Source: Escherichia coli
GTDB taxonomy: Bacteria > Pseudomonadota > Gammaproteobacteria > Enterobacterales > Enterobacteriaceae
Assembly (NCBI RefSeq): GCF_030013595.1
Contig: NZ_CP122768.1
DNA length: 64,000 bases
Strand: one strand, 5' to 3'
The notes under the pieces were generated by a model. It was not told the origin of the DNA. It did not search any database and worked only from the letters and a program-made list of their open reading frames with translations. Of the stretch, positions 52,414-59,863 are shown piece after piece (within the stretch, counting starts at the first letter, position 1; every line of letters begins with the position of its first letter). The position numbers and the translations under genes are program-made.

Positions 52414-52442
52414 ACTTTACAATTTGTATTTGTAATGGTCAA
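52414..52442 (-). promoter_or_regulatory. Candidate PL: TTGACC-17 nt-TAAAGT with a 19-bp operator filling the spacer
   Basis: The minus strand reads TTGACCattacaaatacaaattgTAAAGT. The operator TTACAATTTGTATTTGTAA (52417..52435) recurs at OR. Confidence 0.65.
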
Positions 52443-52561
52443 CGTATTTTTAAAAAATAATTTGTAGTTAGGGGCAAAAAAATATTCACTGTGTAAAGGT
52501 GTTTTTGTGTTAGGGGGAAAGTTGCATGCCAGCAGCGGCTGGCCTGGAAATTTGAACTGAA

Positions 52562-52975
52562 CTATTTTGTCTGGTTTTTGGCTTCAAGTAGTTCTTTTAG
52601 CAGTAGATCGAAGTGCTCTCTTTTTTCTTTTAGCTCATTGATTAATTTATTTTTTTCGCTCTCAGGCAGTCCTCTGAATAGTTGCAGTAGAGCCTGTTCT
52701 TGCGGGGTTAGTTCTTGATTGTAATTACCCGGGTGTAGCGTGGATTCATCCAAATATTCACCTTCATTCATGAAGAAAAAATGAACAGGGTATCCGGTCA
52801 CTTTTGCTAGCTTGTCTAATTTATCTTTTCTTGGAGTTACCCCATTACACCATGCCTGAACTGATTGAGCCGTAACCCCAATATGGCGAGCTAACTCAGA
52901 TTGAGACCAGCCTAAGTCTTTTAGAATCCGTTGTAGTCGGCTAGCAAAAGCCATGTTTTTCGTTTTTGTGTTCAT
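52562..52975 (-). CDS. cI-like XRE-family HTH repressor (no S24 peptidase domain visible)
   Basis: The HTH is LGWSQSELARHIGVTAQSVQAWCNG. It is divergent from the cro-like gene. The start is uncertain (TTG 52990, ATG 52975 or ATG 52954). Confidence 0.8.
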   Translation of the reverse strand: MNTKTKNMAFASRLQRILKDLGWSQSELARHIGVTAQSVQAWCNGVTPRKDKLDKLAKVTGYPVHFFFMNEGEYLDESTLHPGNYNQELTPQEQALLQLFRGLPESEKNKLINELKEKREHFDLLLKELLEAKNQTK

Positions 52976-53009
52976 ACCGTAAGGATACAAGGTTTAATTG
53001 TAGGGAGCA

Positions 53010-53047
53010 TTGCAAATATAATTTGTAATTACAGTTATGATTTGTAA
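53010..53047. promoter_or_regulatory. OR: two abutting 19-bp operators overlapping a TATAAT -10 box
   Basis: TTGCAAATATAATTTGTAA (53010..53028) and TTACAGTTATGATTTGTAA (53029..53047). TATAAT lies at 53017..53022, facing the cro-like gene. Confidence 0.65.
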
Positions 53048-53073
53048 TGATGGCGCGGACACAAGGAGTCCAT

Positions 53074-53304
53074 ATGGATAAACAACTGCAAGACAAAATT
53101 CTTTCCGTAATGAGTCAATCCGAGTTAGGGCGGCGATTAGGGAAAAAACCACAAACGGTAAGCCTCTGGTTCAAAGGAAGGGTTCCCGGTGAAGAGGTTT
53201 TGCGCACATCTGAAGCTCTTGAATGGCGCGTGACCCCCCATGATCTTAGACCGGATCTTTACCCAAACCCAGATGACAGCTTGCCTAAAACGAAAGCAGC
53301 TTAA
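53074..53304 (+). CDS. Cro/YdaS-like HTH protein
   Basis: ATG at 53074 lies 5 nt after AAGGAG. SQSELGRRLGKKPQTVSLWFKGRVP...DLRPDLYPNP resembles the YdaS/Cro family. Confidence 0.75.
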   Translation: MDKQLQDKILSVMSQSELGRRLGKKPQTVSLWFKGRVPGEEVLRTSEALEWRVTPHDLRPDLYPNPDDSLPKTKAA

Positions 53305-53362
53305 CTGTTGGTGAGCCCCAAATCTGATTAAGCGTAATCAATTTTTAGCGACAGGAGACGCT

Positions 53363-53839
53363 ATGGAAAACCAAGAGGAATTACAAAAAGAGATTTTGAC
53401 CTGGGCGGCAAGGGCAGGGCAGGAACTCGTCACGATTGAAATCTGCCGGGCCTGGTTCAGTCAGGGACGCAATGATGAGTTGAGACTACATGAATTTGAG
53501 GACGCGGACGGCAATGTGGACTGGAGAGCCATCAACAACAATCGGCAGAAAATCTTTCGCTGGTTACGTGGCGAGACAACGGCGGCGCGCCGAAAAACTC
53601 AGGTGCTGGCCAGTGTGATGAAAGCCGTGCTACCCGCAGAACGGCGGGCGCGTCTGGAGTCGCCGGGCGATCCCGTTTTGCTGGCAACGCTGGCGGCAAA
53701 AGAAGGGGTGGAAGCGATTAACGCTGTACATCTCCACTTCGCGCCAGAGATAACTATTCAGGAAATTGACGAAGCAATAGCGGCGCTGGTAGCGACGCGA
53801 GGGGCAGTGATAAGCACTGCGCAAGGCCATCATGCATGA
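53363..53839 (+). CDS. YdaT-like (CII-like) regulator
   Basis: 158 aa. IFRWLRGETTAARRKTQVLASVMKAVLPAERRARL parallels Rac YdaT IYHRWLKGETKTQREKIQKLIPAILAILPRELRHRL, as I recall it. Confidence 0.6.
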   Translation: MENQEELQKEILTWAARAGQELVTIEICRAWFSQGRNDELRLHEFEDADGNVDWRAINNNRQKIFRWLRGETTAARRKTQVLASVMKAVLPAERRARLESPGDPVLLATLAAKEGVEAINAVHLHFAPEITIQEIDEAIAALVATRGAVISTAQGHHA

Positions 53840-53878
53840 GCGCCTGACCAGCGTTTAACTTATACCGAGGAAAGACCG

Positions 53879-54103
53879 ATGTTAAGACATATTGACCGCA
53901 TTACCTGGCGTAACGGCTGGCACCTGAATGGACGCCCGGCACATGTTGCAGAGATCCAACCTATTTTTGATGGGCGTATGGCTGCCGCGCTTTCGGTGTG
54001 GGAGCAGTATGAATCCAGGAAGGTCGAGTTGCGCGACAAAGGGCTGAGCAATGCGGACTATGAAGCCGGTTGTCGTCAGATAGCCGAAGCTCTGGAGATC
54101 TGA
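53879..54103 (+). CDS. Hypothetical phage protein (74 aa)
   Basis: Preceded by the conserved RBS CCGAGGAAAGACCGATG. Confidence 0.55.
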   Translation: MLRHIDRITWRNGWHLNGRPAHVAEIQPIFDGRMAAALSVWEQYESRKVELRDKGLSNADYEAGCRQIAEALEI

Positions 54104-54105
54104 GT

Positions 54106-55182
54106 ATGAGTCGTTTGCTGATTAACGAAAACCCCCTTCAGGTCCTGCCCACGTTGGCATGCACTATAGGGTTGAATGAAGCCATCGTTCTACAGCAAAT
54201 CCACTACTGGCTGAATTCATCTCAAAATTTCTTCGAAAATCGCCACTGGGTGTACAACAGTGTGACCGATTGGCAAGAACAATTCCCGTTCTGGAGCGAG
54301 TCGACAATAAAACGCGTGCTGGCCAATCTGGAAAAATTGAATGTGGTATTTACTGGGAACTTTAACAGTGATGCCTGGGATAAAACCAAGTGGTATTCAA
54401 TCAATTATGCCCAGTTATGTAAGATTGAAGAGACAACATTCCCTGTGGCCAATCGATTAGGTCAAGTTGACCCAATCGAAGAGGTCAATGTGACCCAAGC
54501 ATCAGGTCAAGTTGACCCATGCGCTAAGGTCAAAATGACCCAATCTCTTACAGAGAATACAACAGAGAGTACTACAGAGAGTACTACAGAGATAAAAGAT
54601 CCCCCTTACCCCCAAAAGGGGGAGGGCGAGGAAATCATTCTCGCTGACGCTCAAAAAGCTCTGAACTACTACAACGAGAAAGTCGGTACACGCTGCCGCG
54701 ACGTTAAACCGTTTGTCATGCTGCTGACTGCCACCACCACCCGCGCTGGTTACAGCGTGGCTGAGATTCAGTTAGTAATTCGTTGGGTTATTGCGACATG
54801 GCGCCGTCGTAGCGGAAGCGTGCCGAAACCTGCGAACATTTGCCGCGTAAACCGGTTTGACGGATATCTGGCTGACGCTGAGGCGTGGGCCACTGCTGAG
54901 GCTGCCGTTGACCCTGCTGAAGTTGTGAAGGGCTACAACGAGATTCTGGGCGACCTGCTACCTATAGCTGAAATTGATACTGACCGCCGTCGGGCAATCC
55001 TGCGCCTGCTGGCACATATGCGCACGCAAACTCTTGGCGCATTTATCGGCTACTTCGAAAAATTCCGCGATAACGCCCCAGACTTCTATTTCGGCGGCGA
55101 ATATCGCACCGGCTGGCGGGCAGGGTTTGATTACCTGATGAAGCCAGAAACACTGCGTAAAACCAGGGAAGGGGCATTATGA
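54106..55182 (+). CDS. Replication initiator / replisome organiser (lambda O-like role) containing the origin iterons
   Basis: MSRLLINENPLQVLPTLA... is an N-terminal winged-helix organiser-like region. The internal iterons and the position upstream of dnaB support the call. The listed ORF opens at 54070, but the ATG at 54106 follows the previous stop. Confidence 0.7.
   Translation: MSRLLINENPLQVLPTLACTIGLNEAIVLQQIHYWLNSSQNFFENRHWVYNSVTDWQEQFPFWSESTIKRVLANLEKLNVVFTGNFNSDAWDKTKWYSINYAQLCKIEETTFPVANRLGQVDPIEEVNVTQASGQVDPCAKVKMTQSLTENTTESTTESTTEIKDPPYPQKGEGEEIILADAQKALNYYNEKVGTRCRDVKPFVMLLTATTTRAGYSVAEIQLVIRWVIATWRRRSGSVPKPANICRVNRFDGYLADAEAWATAEAAVDPAEVVKGYNEILGDLLPIAEIDTDRRRAILRLLAHMRTQTLGAFIGYFEKFRDNAPDFYFGGEYRTGWRAGFDYLMKPETLRKTREGAL
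54460..54597 (+). repeat. ori-like array: four iterons GGTCAAnnTGACCCA at ~22-23 bp spacing, then four 12-bp tandem units
   Basis: Iterons lie at 54460, 54483, 54505 and 54528. The ACAGAGA(A/G)TAC(A/T) units span 54550..54597. Confidence 0.7.
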
Positions 55183-56570
55183 ATCCAGAAGAACTGGAAG
55201 CGATCGTTCTCGCTGGTCTGATTAACGGTGGCGCGACGCCTGACGCGTTTGATGTGATTGCCACTACTCCGGAGGAAGCCTTCAGCATCGTGTTTCACCG
55301 TCGCGCTTTCAGCGAAATCAAAAAGCAGGCACTGGCGAACGGCATGATCGACATGTTGTTTATCAGCGAAGCGCTGGGCGGTTCCAGCCTTGCGGATCTG
55401 TCTCAAATATCCCGGATCCCGGCAACGGTACCGAATCTGAAAGGCTATGCCGGGAAAATGGTGCGGGCATGGCGGAGCCGCAAAATGGCGGCATTGTTGC
55501 AATCTGGCGCGGATGGTATCCGTAACGCTGTAAACCAGAGTCAGCGTGATGAGGTTATTGAATCTCATGTTGCTCAGGTGCTGGATATGAGCGCCGCTAC
55601 CGGCACAGTCCAGCCGGTACACATCAAAGAGCTGTTACCGCTCTACATTGACACCGTTGATAAACGGATGTCTGGCGACGCGCAGGAAATGATGCTGAAA
55701 ACCGGAGTCGAGGATCTGGATGTCGCCCTGGGCGGTATCAACATGACCGACCTTGTTGTGGTTGCCGGTCGTCCAGGCATGGGGAAAACGGAATTTACCC
55801 TGAAGATTATCGATGGCGTTACCGCAGATGGCGGCGGCGCACTGTTTTTCAGCATGGAAATGGGCGCTCAGCAGATTGTTGAACGTACCGTTGCCGGGGC
55901 TGGGAATATGTCCACGTCGCGTCTGCGTAATCCAAAAGAAATGGACGATGAGGATTTGACCAGATTAACCGCCGCGCTTGCAATCATGCAGGATCGCGAT
56001 ATCTGGATTGTTGATGCCACTGATTTGACGATTGAGCAGATCCGCGCCATTGCAGAGACTCATAAACGCCGTTATCCGCACCTGAAGTTGATTGGTGTTG
56101 ATTACATGGGCCTGATCAAAAAACCGAAGGCCGAGCGCCACGATCTCGCTGTCGGGCATATCTCCCGCAACATGAAGACTATGGCCATGCGTCTGCATAC
56201 CCCTGTTTTTGCTCTTAGCCAGCTTTCCCGCCAGGTGGATTCTCGACCTGCTGGCCAGCGTCGCCCGGTGATGTCGGACCTGCGCGATTCCGGCAGTGTT
56301 GAGCAGGACGCTGACAGCATTTTGTTTTTGTACCGCGATGAAGTTTACACACCTGATTCACCTGCAAAGGGTATCGCCGAGGTGATTATCGGTAAAAACC
56401 GTTCTGGCGGGGCAGGTGAAATTATTTATCAGGAATTCCGGAATGGGCATTTCCTGCCAATTGATCAACACGTAGCACGCGAAAAATTACGCATCCAGAA
56501 GGAGGCAGAGCAACCGAGAAAACGTGAAAAACGGTATTCAAACAAAAACTTTAATACGGACCCATTTTAA
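55179..56570 (+). CDS. DnaB-family replicative helicase
   Basis: 463 aa with Walker A (GRPGMGKTEF), Walker B (IGVDYMGLI), ALSQLSR and DLRDSGSVEQDAD motifs. Confidence 0.92.
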   Translation: MNPEELEAIVLAGLINGGATPDAFDVIATTPEEAFSIVFHRRAFSEIKKQALANGMIDMLFISEALGGSSLADLSQISRIPATVPNLKGYAGKMVRAWRSRKMAALLQSGADGIRNAVNQSQRDEVIESHVAQVLDMSAATGTVQPVHIKELLPLYIDTVDKRMSGDAQEMMLKTGVEDLDVALGGINMTDLVVVAGRPGMGKTEFTLKIIDGVTADGGGALFFSMEMGAQQIVERTVAGAGNMSTSRLRNPKEMDDEDLTRLTAALAIMQDRDIWIVDATDLTIEQIRAIAETHKRRYPHLKLIGVDYMGLIKKPKAERHDLAVGHISRNMKTMAMRLHTPVFALSQLSRQVDSRPAGQRRPVMSDLRDSGSVEQDADSILFLYRDEVYTPDSPAKGIAEVIIGKNRSGGAGEIIYQEFRNGHFLPIDQHVAREKLRIQKEAEQPRKREKRYSNKNFNTDPF

Positions 56571-56608
56571 CCACGCATGACCAGCGTGAAATAACCGAGG
56601 AAAGACCA

Positions 56609-57019
56609 ATGACCACCATTTCAGGCAAATTAGAGTACCCGTCGGACAAAGGACACATAGACGACGGTAAAAACTATCTCGACGTCATTTTGTGGAATAT
56701 GAACGCCGGGCCACGTGCGCGCACTCGTGCGGTTTTTGTACCAAGACCCAAAGCAGGCAATTTTTCAACACCAGCTCAGCCTGCCCGTCAGGCATCCGTA
56801 GCCGCAGCGCCAGCAGTGAAATGTAAGGGTAAAACGCACATCGGGATCGCGATTCGCAGAAATGGTGAGCGGCAAGTGAAACTCCACGAAACAGCGACAA
56901 CCTGGTGTGCTTCACCGCATGAAACTTACGACAAGATAACCGGGCAGCGCATTGGTGCGCCTGGTCGCTGTCGCCTGCTGTTGAGCTCCATCACTCCGAT
57001 AGAAAAGAAAGGGGCGTGA
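56609..57019 (+). CDS. Hypothetical phage protein (136 aa)
   Basis: Conserved RBS ACCGAGGAAAGACCAATG; no recognisable domain. Confidence 0.55.
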   Translation: MTTISGKLEYPSDKGHIDDGKNYLDVILWNMNAGPRARTRAVFVPRPKAGNFSTPAQPARQASVAAAPAVKCKGKTHIGIAIRRNGERQVKLHETATTWCASPHETYDKITGQRIGAPGRCRLLLSSITPIEKKGA

Positions 57020-57020
57020 T

Positions 57021-57257
57021 ATGACCGGGCAATCAGATTACCTGCCGCCCGGCTTACCACACAACCGCGCCAAATGGCCCCAGGAATACCAGCTTAAAGA
57101 GCACTACGACATGCGAGCGGCGGCGCTGATCCGCCAACTCTTTGAGAAACGTATTCCGAGGGGAAGCGTGATTGAGCAAATCGGAATGACGCCGGATACA
57201 TACCGGGAATTTTTCAGAGAGCGTCTGAACTACTGGAGAGGGGTGATGGAACAATGA
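57021..57257 (+). CDS. Hypothetical phage protein (78 aa)
   Basis: Tightly packed with its neighbours, starting 1 nt after the previous stop. Confidence 0.5.
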   Translation: MTGQSDYLPPGLPHNRAKWPQEYQLKEHYDMRAAALIRQLFEKRIPRGSVIEQIGMTPDTYREFFRERLNYWRGVMEQ

Positions 57258-57565
57258 AATACAAACGGTGGGTGCGTGCGGAAGTCGTAATCATCAAACA
57301 ATGTGCAGGCAGCATGACAGTTGAACGTATAGGGCAGCTTATTGGCAGAACCGGTGCAGCGGTACGCACAAAAGCGCGCGAGCTGAAAATCTGTATGTAT
57401 CTGCGGGGTAATTATCATCAGTCAGCGAAATACTGCCAGGAGGATATCGAGCTGGCAAGGGAATTACATCAGTCGGGTATTAATCGCCAGGATATCGCGG
57501 AAAAACTCGAAATGCCGATCGGAGCGGTGAATCAGTTTGTTTATTTTGAGCGGAGGATTTCATGA
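57254..57565 (+). CDS. Putative DNA-binding phage protein (103 aa, two HTH-like segments)
   Basis: ATGA overlap with the upstream gene. HTH-like segments are MTVERIGQLIGRTGAAVRTKAREL and INRQDIAEKLEMPIGAVNQFVY. Confidence 0.5.
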   Translation: MKYKRWVRAEVVIIKQCAGSMTVERIGQLIGRTGAAVRTKARELKICMYLRGNYHQSAKYCQEDIELARELHQSGINRQDIAEKLEMPIGAVNQFVYFERRIS

Positions 57566-57786
57566 AAGAACTTTTTCTGGCATTTGTGCCCCGGTTTATT
57601 AATGACCAGATCGCACTGACTAATAATGGTGAACAATATGAAATTGCCTGCAGCATGGTGGATGTGAATCCTGGCGAACGGTATGACGCGATGTGTGACC
57701 TGAAAATATTTACCTGGCTGGGTTGGGCTATTCCGTGTGGAGAACCAACCAATATTCGCCCATTTGAGAGCAGGGAGGCTGTATGA
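57562..57786 (+). CDS. Hypothetical phage protein (74 aa)
   Basis: ATGA overlap with the upstream gene. Confidence 0.5.
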   Translation: MKELFLAFVPRFINDQIALTNNGEQYEIACSMVDVNPGERYDAMCDLKIFTWLGWAIPCGEPTNIRPFESREAV

Positions 57787-57893
57787 GTGAATTGAAAATA
57801 CGAATGAACCCAAGTCGCAAGGCGATCAAATTTGCGCAGTGTGTCTTGCAGATGGCTGAAGGTGAATGTTATATAAAAGAGTGTCATGGATAA
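57783..57893 (+). CDS. Possible small Cys-containing ORF (36 aa)
   Basis: ATGA overlap with the preceding stop. The product is MSELKIRMNPSRKAIKFAQCVLQMAEGECYIKECHG. It is below the ORF-track cutoff and is supported by translational coupling only. Confidence 0.3.
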   Translation: MSELKIRMNPSRKAIKFAQCVLQMAEGECYIKECHG

Positions 57894-57949
57894 CAAGGCA
57901 CTCACTATCAATGATTATCTGTTAAAAAAGCAATCGACAAGGAGTTGAA

Positions 57950-58207
57950 ATGCAGACTCAATTAAAGGTTAAAGGCGGTTATAGTCATTTTTTCTTCGCC
58001 AATATTGAAGTCTCACAAAGAGAGTCAAATGGCGGTTTGGTTGTCGTTAGGGATGTTAATATACCTATTACAACAACAACTCTCTCTCTGTTAGAGAATT
58101 ACGCTGTAGGGCAGGTGTTGACGTTAGAACAAAAGAATGGCGATTTTTTTGATGTGTATTACGTTGGAACTGATGGGAATAACTTTCAGTTTTCAACGCA
58201 CTGCTAA
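57950..58207 (+). CDS. Hypothetical phage protein (85 aa); its 3' end is duplicated at 63183
   Basis: AAGGAG lies 6 nt upstream of the ATG. A stem-loop AAGGCCCTG-TGAG-CAGGGCCTT (58214..58235) follows. Confidence 0.55.
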   Translation: MQTQLKVKGGYSHFFFANIEVSQRESNGGLVVVRDVNIPITTTTLSLLENYAVGQVLTLEQKNGDFFDVYYVGTDGNNFQFSTHC

Positions 58208-58354
58208 TTTATCAAGGCCCTGTGAGCAGGGCCTTCGAAAGCCTACTAAAGTCTGTTTCATAGAGAGAGTTATTTGCGATTAAAAAGGTATTTGGTCACG
58301 ACCAGCACGATAGAGAATACATCTTTCAAAGTACCGCCCATATAAAACAGTTAC
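58115..58354 (+). repeat. Left copy of a ~240-bp imperfect direct repeat bracketing the accessory cassette
   Basis: Aligns along its whole length with 63183..63418, roughly four-fifths identical by eye, e.g. CTAAAGTCTGTTTCATAGAGAGAGTTA and AAAAAGGTATTTGGTCACGACCA. Confidence 0.85.
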
Positions 58355-58649
58355 ATATGCACTTGATGACTAAGCTGGCACCAGGTTAACACCATGCGCC
58401 AGCTTGAAGGAGACTTCAGTTATTGGTTTCTGAGGAAAGCGATTCTTGAAAGGGTCATTTGCGTCTGGCAGTCGACCATTTTCTTGACTTCAGCATCTGT
58501 TCCTTTCTTGACTTCAGCATCTGTTCCCTGCATTGAAACTTTACCGCACATAGCATCCTTAGTTTTGATCCACTGGCGCTGAGAAGGCAGCAACTTGAAC
58601 CGCCCCGGAAATCCTGGAGACTAAACTCCCTGAGAAAGAGGTAAACAGG

Positions 58650-58976
58650 ATGACTAAAAATACTCGTTTTTCCCCCGAAGTCCGTCAGCGGGCGATTCGT
58701 ATGGTTCTGGAAAGTCAGGATGAATATGACTCACAGTGGGCGGCAATTTGTTCCATTGCCCCAAAGATTGGCTGTACGCCGGAGACTCTGCGTGTCTGGG
58801 TTCGCCAGCATGAGCGGGATACCGGGGGCGGTGATGGTGGGCTCACCAGCGCTGAACGTCAGCGTCTGAAAGAGCTGGAACGTGAAAATCGTGAACTGCG
58901 CCGCAGTAACGATATCCTTCGCCAGGCTTCCGCTTATTTTGCGAAGGCGGAGTTCGACCGCCTCTGGAAAAAATGA
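58650..58976 (+). CDS. IS629 OrfA (HTH transposase N-terminal part)
   Basis: 108 aa, [33 protein letters not shown]..., recognised as IS629/IS1203 OrfA. An A-run (GGAAAAAATG) sits at its end for -1 frameshifting. Confidence 0.92.
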   Translation: MTKNTRFSPEVRQRAIRMVLESQDEYDSQWAAICSIAPKIGCTPETLRVWVRQHERDTGGGDGGLTSAERQRLKELERENRELRRSNDILRQASAYFAKAEFDRLWKK

Positions 58977-59863
58977 TGCCACTGCTGGATAAGCTGCGTG
59001 AGCAGTACGGGGTCGGACCGGTATGTAGCGAACTGCATATTGCCCCGTCAACGTATTACCATTGTCAGCAACAGCGACATCATCCGGATAAACGCAGTGC
59101 CCGTGCGCAGCACGATGACTGGCTGAAGAAAGAGATACAGCGCGTATACGATGAAAATCACCAGGTATACGGTGTGCGTAAAGTCTGGCGTCAGTTGTTA
59201 CGGGAAGGTATCAGAGTGGCCAGATGCACTGTGGCACGTCTCATGGCAGTTATGGGACTTGCCGGTGTTCTCCGGGGTAAAAAGGTCCGCACTACCGTCA
59301 GCCGGAAAGCCGTTGCCGCAGGCGACCGCGTAAACCGTCAGTTCGTGGCAGAACGACCTGACCAGCTGTGGGTGGCTGATTTTACTTACGTCAGCACATG
59401 GCAGGGCTTCGTCTATGTGGCGTTTATCATTGATGTGTTTGCCGGATACATCGTGGGGTGGCGGGTCTCATCGTCTATGGAAACGACATTCGTGCTGGAT
59501 GCGCTGGAGCAGGCGTTGTGGGCCCGTCGTCCGTCTGGCACCATCCATCACAGCGATAAAGGCTCTCAGTATGTGTCACTGGCCTATACGGAGCGACTAA
59601 AAGAAGCCGGATTACTGGCATCAACAGGGAGTACAGGCGACTCGTATGACAACGCGATGGCTGAGAGCATCAATGGTCTTTACAAAGCGGAGGTAATACA
59701 CCGTAAGAGCTGGAAAAAACGTGCAGAAGTGGAACTGGCCACACTAACGTGGGTGGACTGGTATAACAATCGACGATTGCTGGGAAGGCTGGGCCATACT
59801 CCTCCGGCAGAAGCAGAAAAAGCTTATTATGCTTCCATCGGAAACGATGATCTGGCAGCCTGA
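58973..59863 (+). CDS. IS629 OrfB (DDE catalytic domain)
   Basis: 296 aa with the DDE motif context (WVADFTYV..., HSDKGSQY..., [10 protein letters not shown]). Confidence 0.92.
   Translation: MMPLLDKLREQYGVGPVCSELHIAPSTYYHCQQQRHHPDKRSARAQHDDWLKKEIQRVYDENHQVYGVRKVWRQLLREGIRVARCTVARLMAVMGLAGVLRGKKVRTTVSRKAVAAGDRVNRQFVAERPDQLWVADFTYVSTWQGFVYVAFIIDVFAGYIVGWRVSSSMETTFVLDALEQALWARRPSGTIHHSDKGSQYVSLAYTERLKEAGLLASTGSTGDSYDNAMAESINGLYKAEVIHRKSWKKRAEVELATLTWVDWYNNRRLLGRLGHTPPAEAEKAYYASIGNDDLAA

Noticed and set aside
51719-52442. Listed 68-95 aa ORFs on both strands in the leader region: 51719..51925, 51744..52019, 51779..51985, 51876..52082, 52118..52405 and 52221..52442.
   Set aside because: They overlap one another in several frames and lack RBSs. 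The 52221..52442 ORF starts upstream of the predicted transcription start. Their compositions are Cys/Trp/Arg/Pro-rich and not protein-like.
54550-54597. Tandem 12-bp repeats and the nearby iterons, considered as a possible CRISPR or minisatellite.
   Set aside because: The units are contiguous without spacers, lie inside a coding region and sit next to the iterons. They fit an origin/linker interpretation, not CRISPR.
58394-58582. 62-aa plus-strand ORF next to the IS629 left end.
   Set aside because: It is antisense to the detached 3' segment of the lipoprotein gene (58420..58594), which explains the open frame better.
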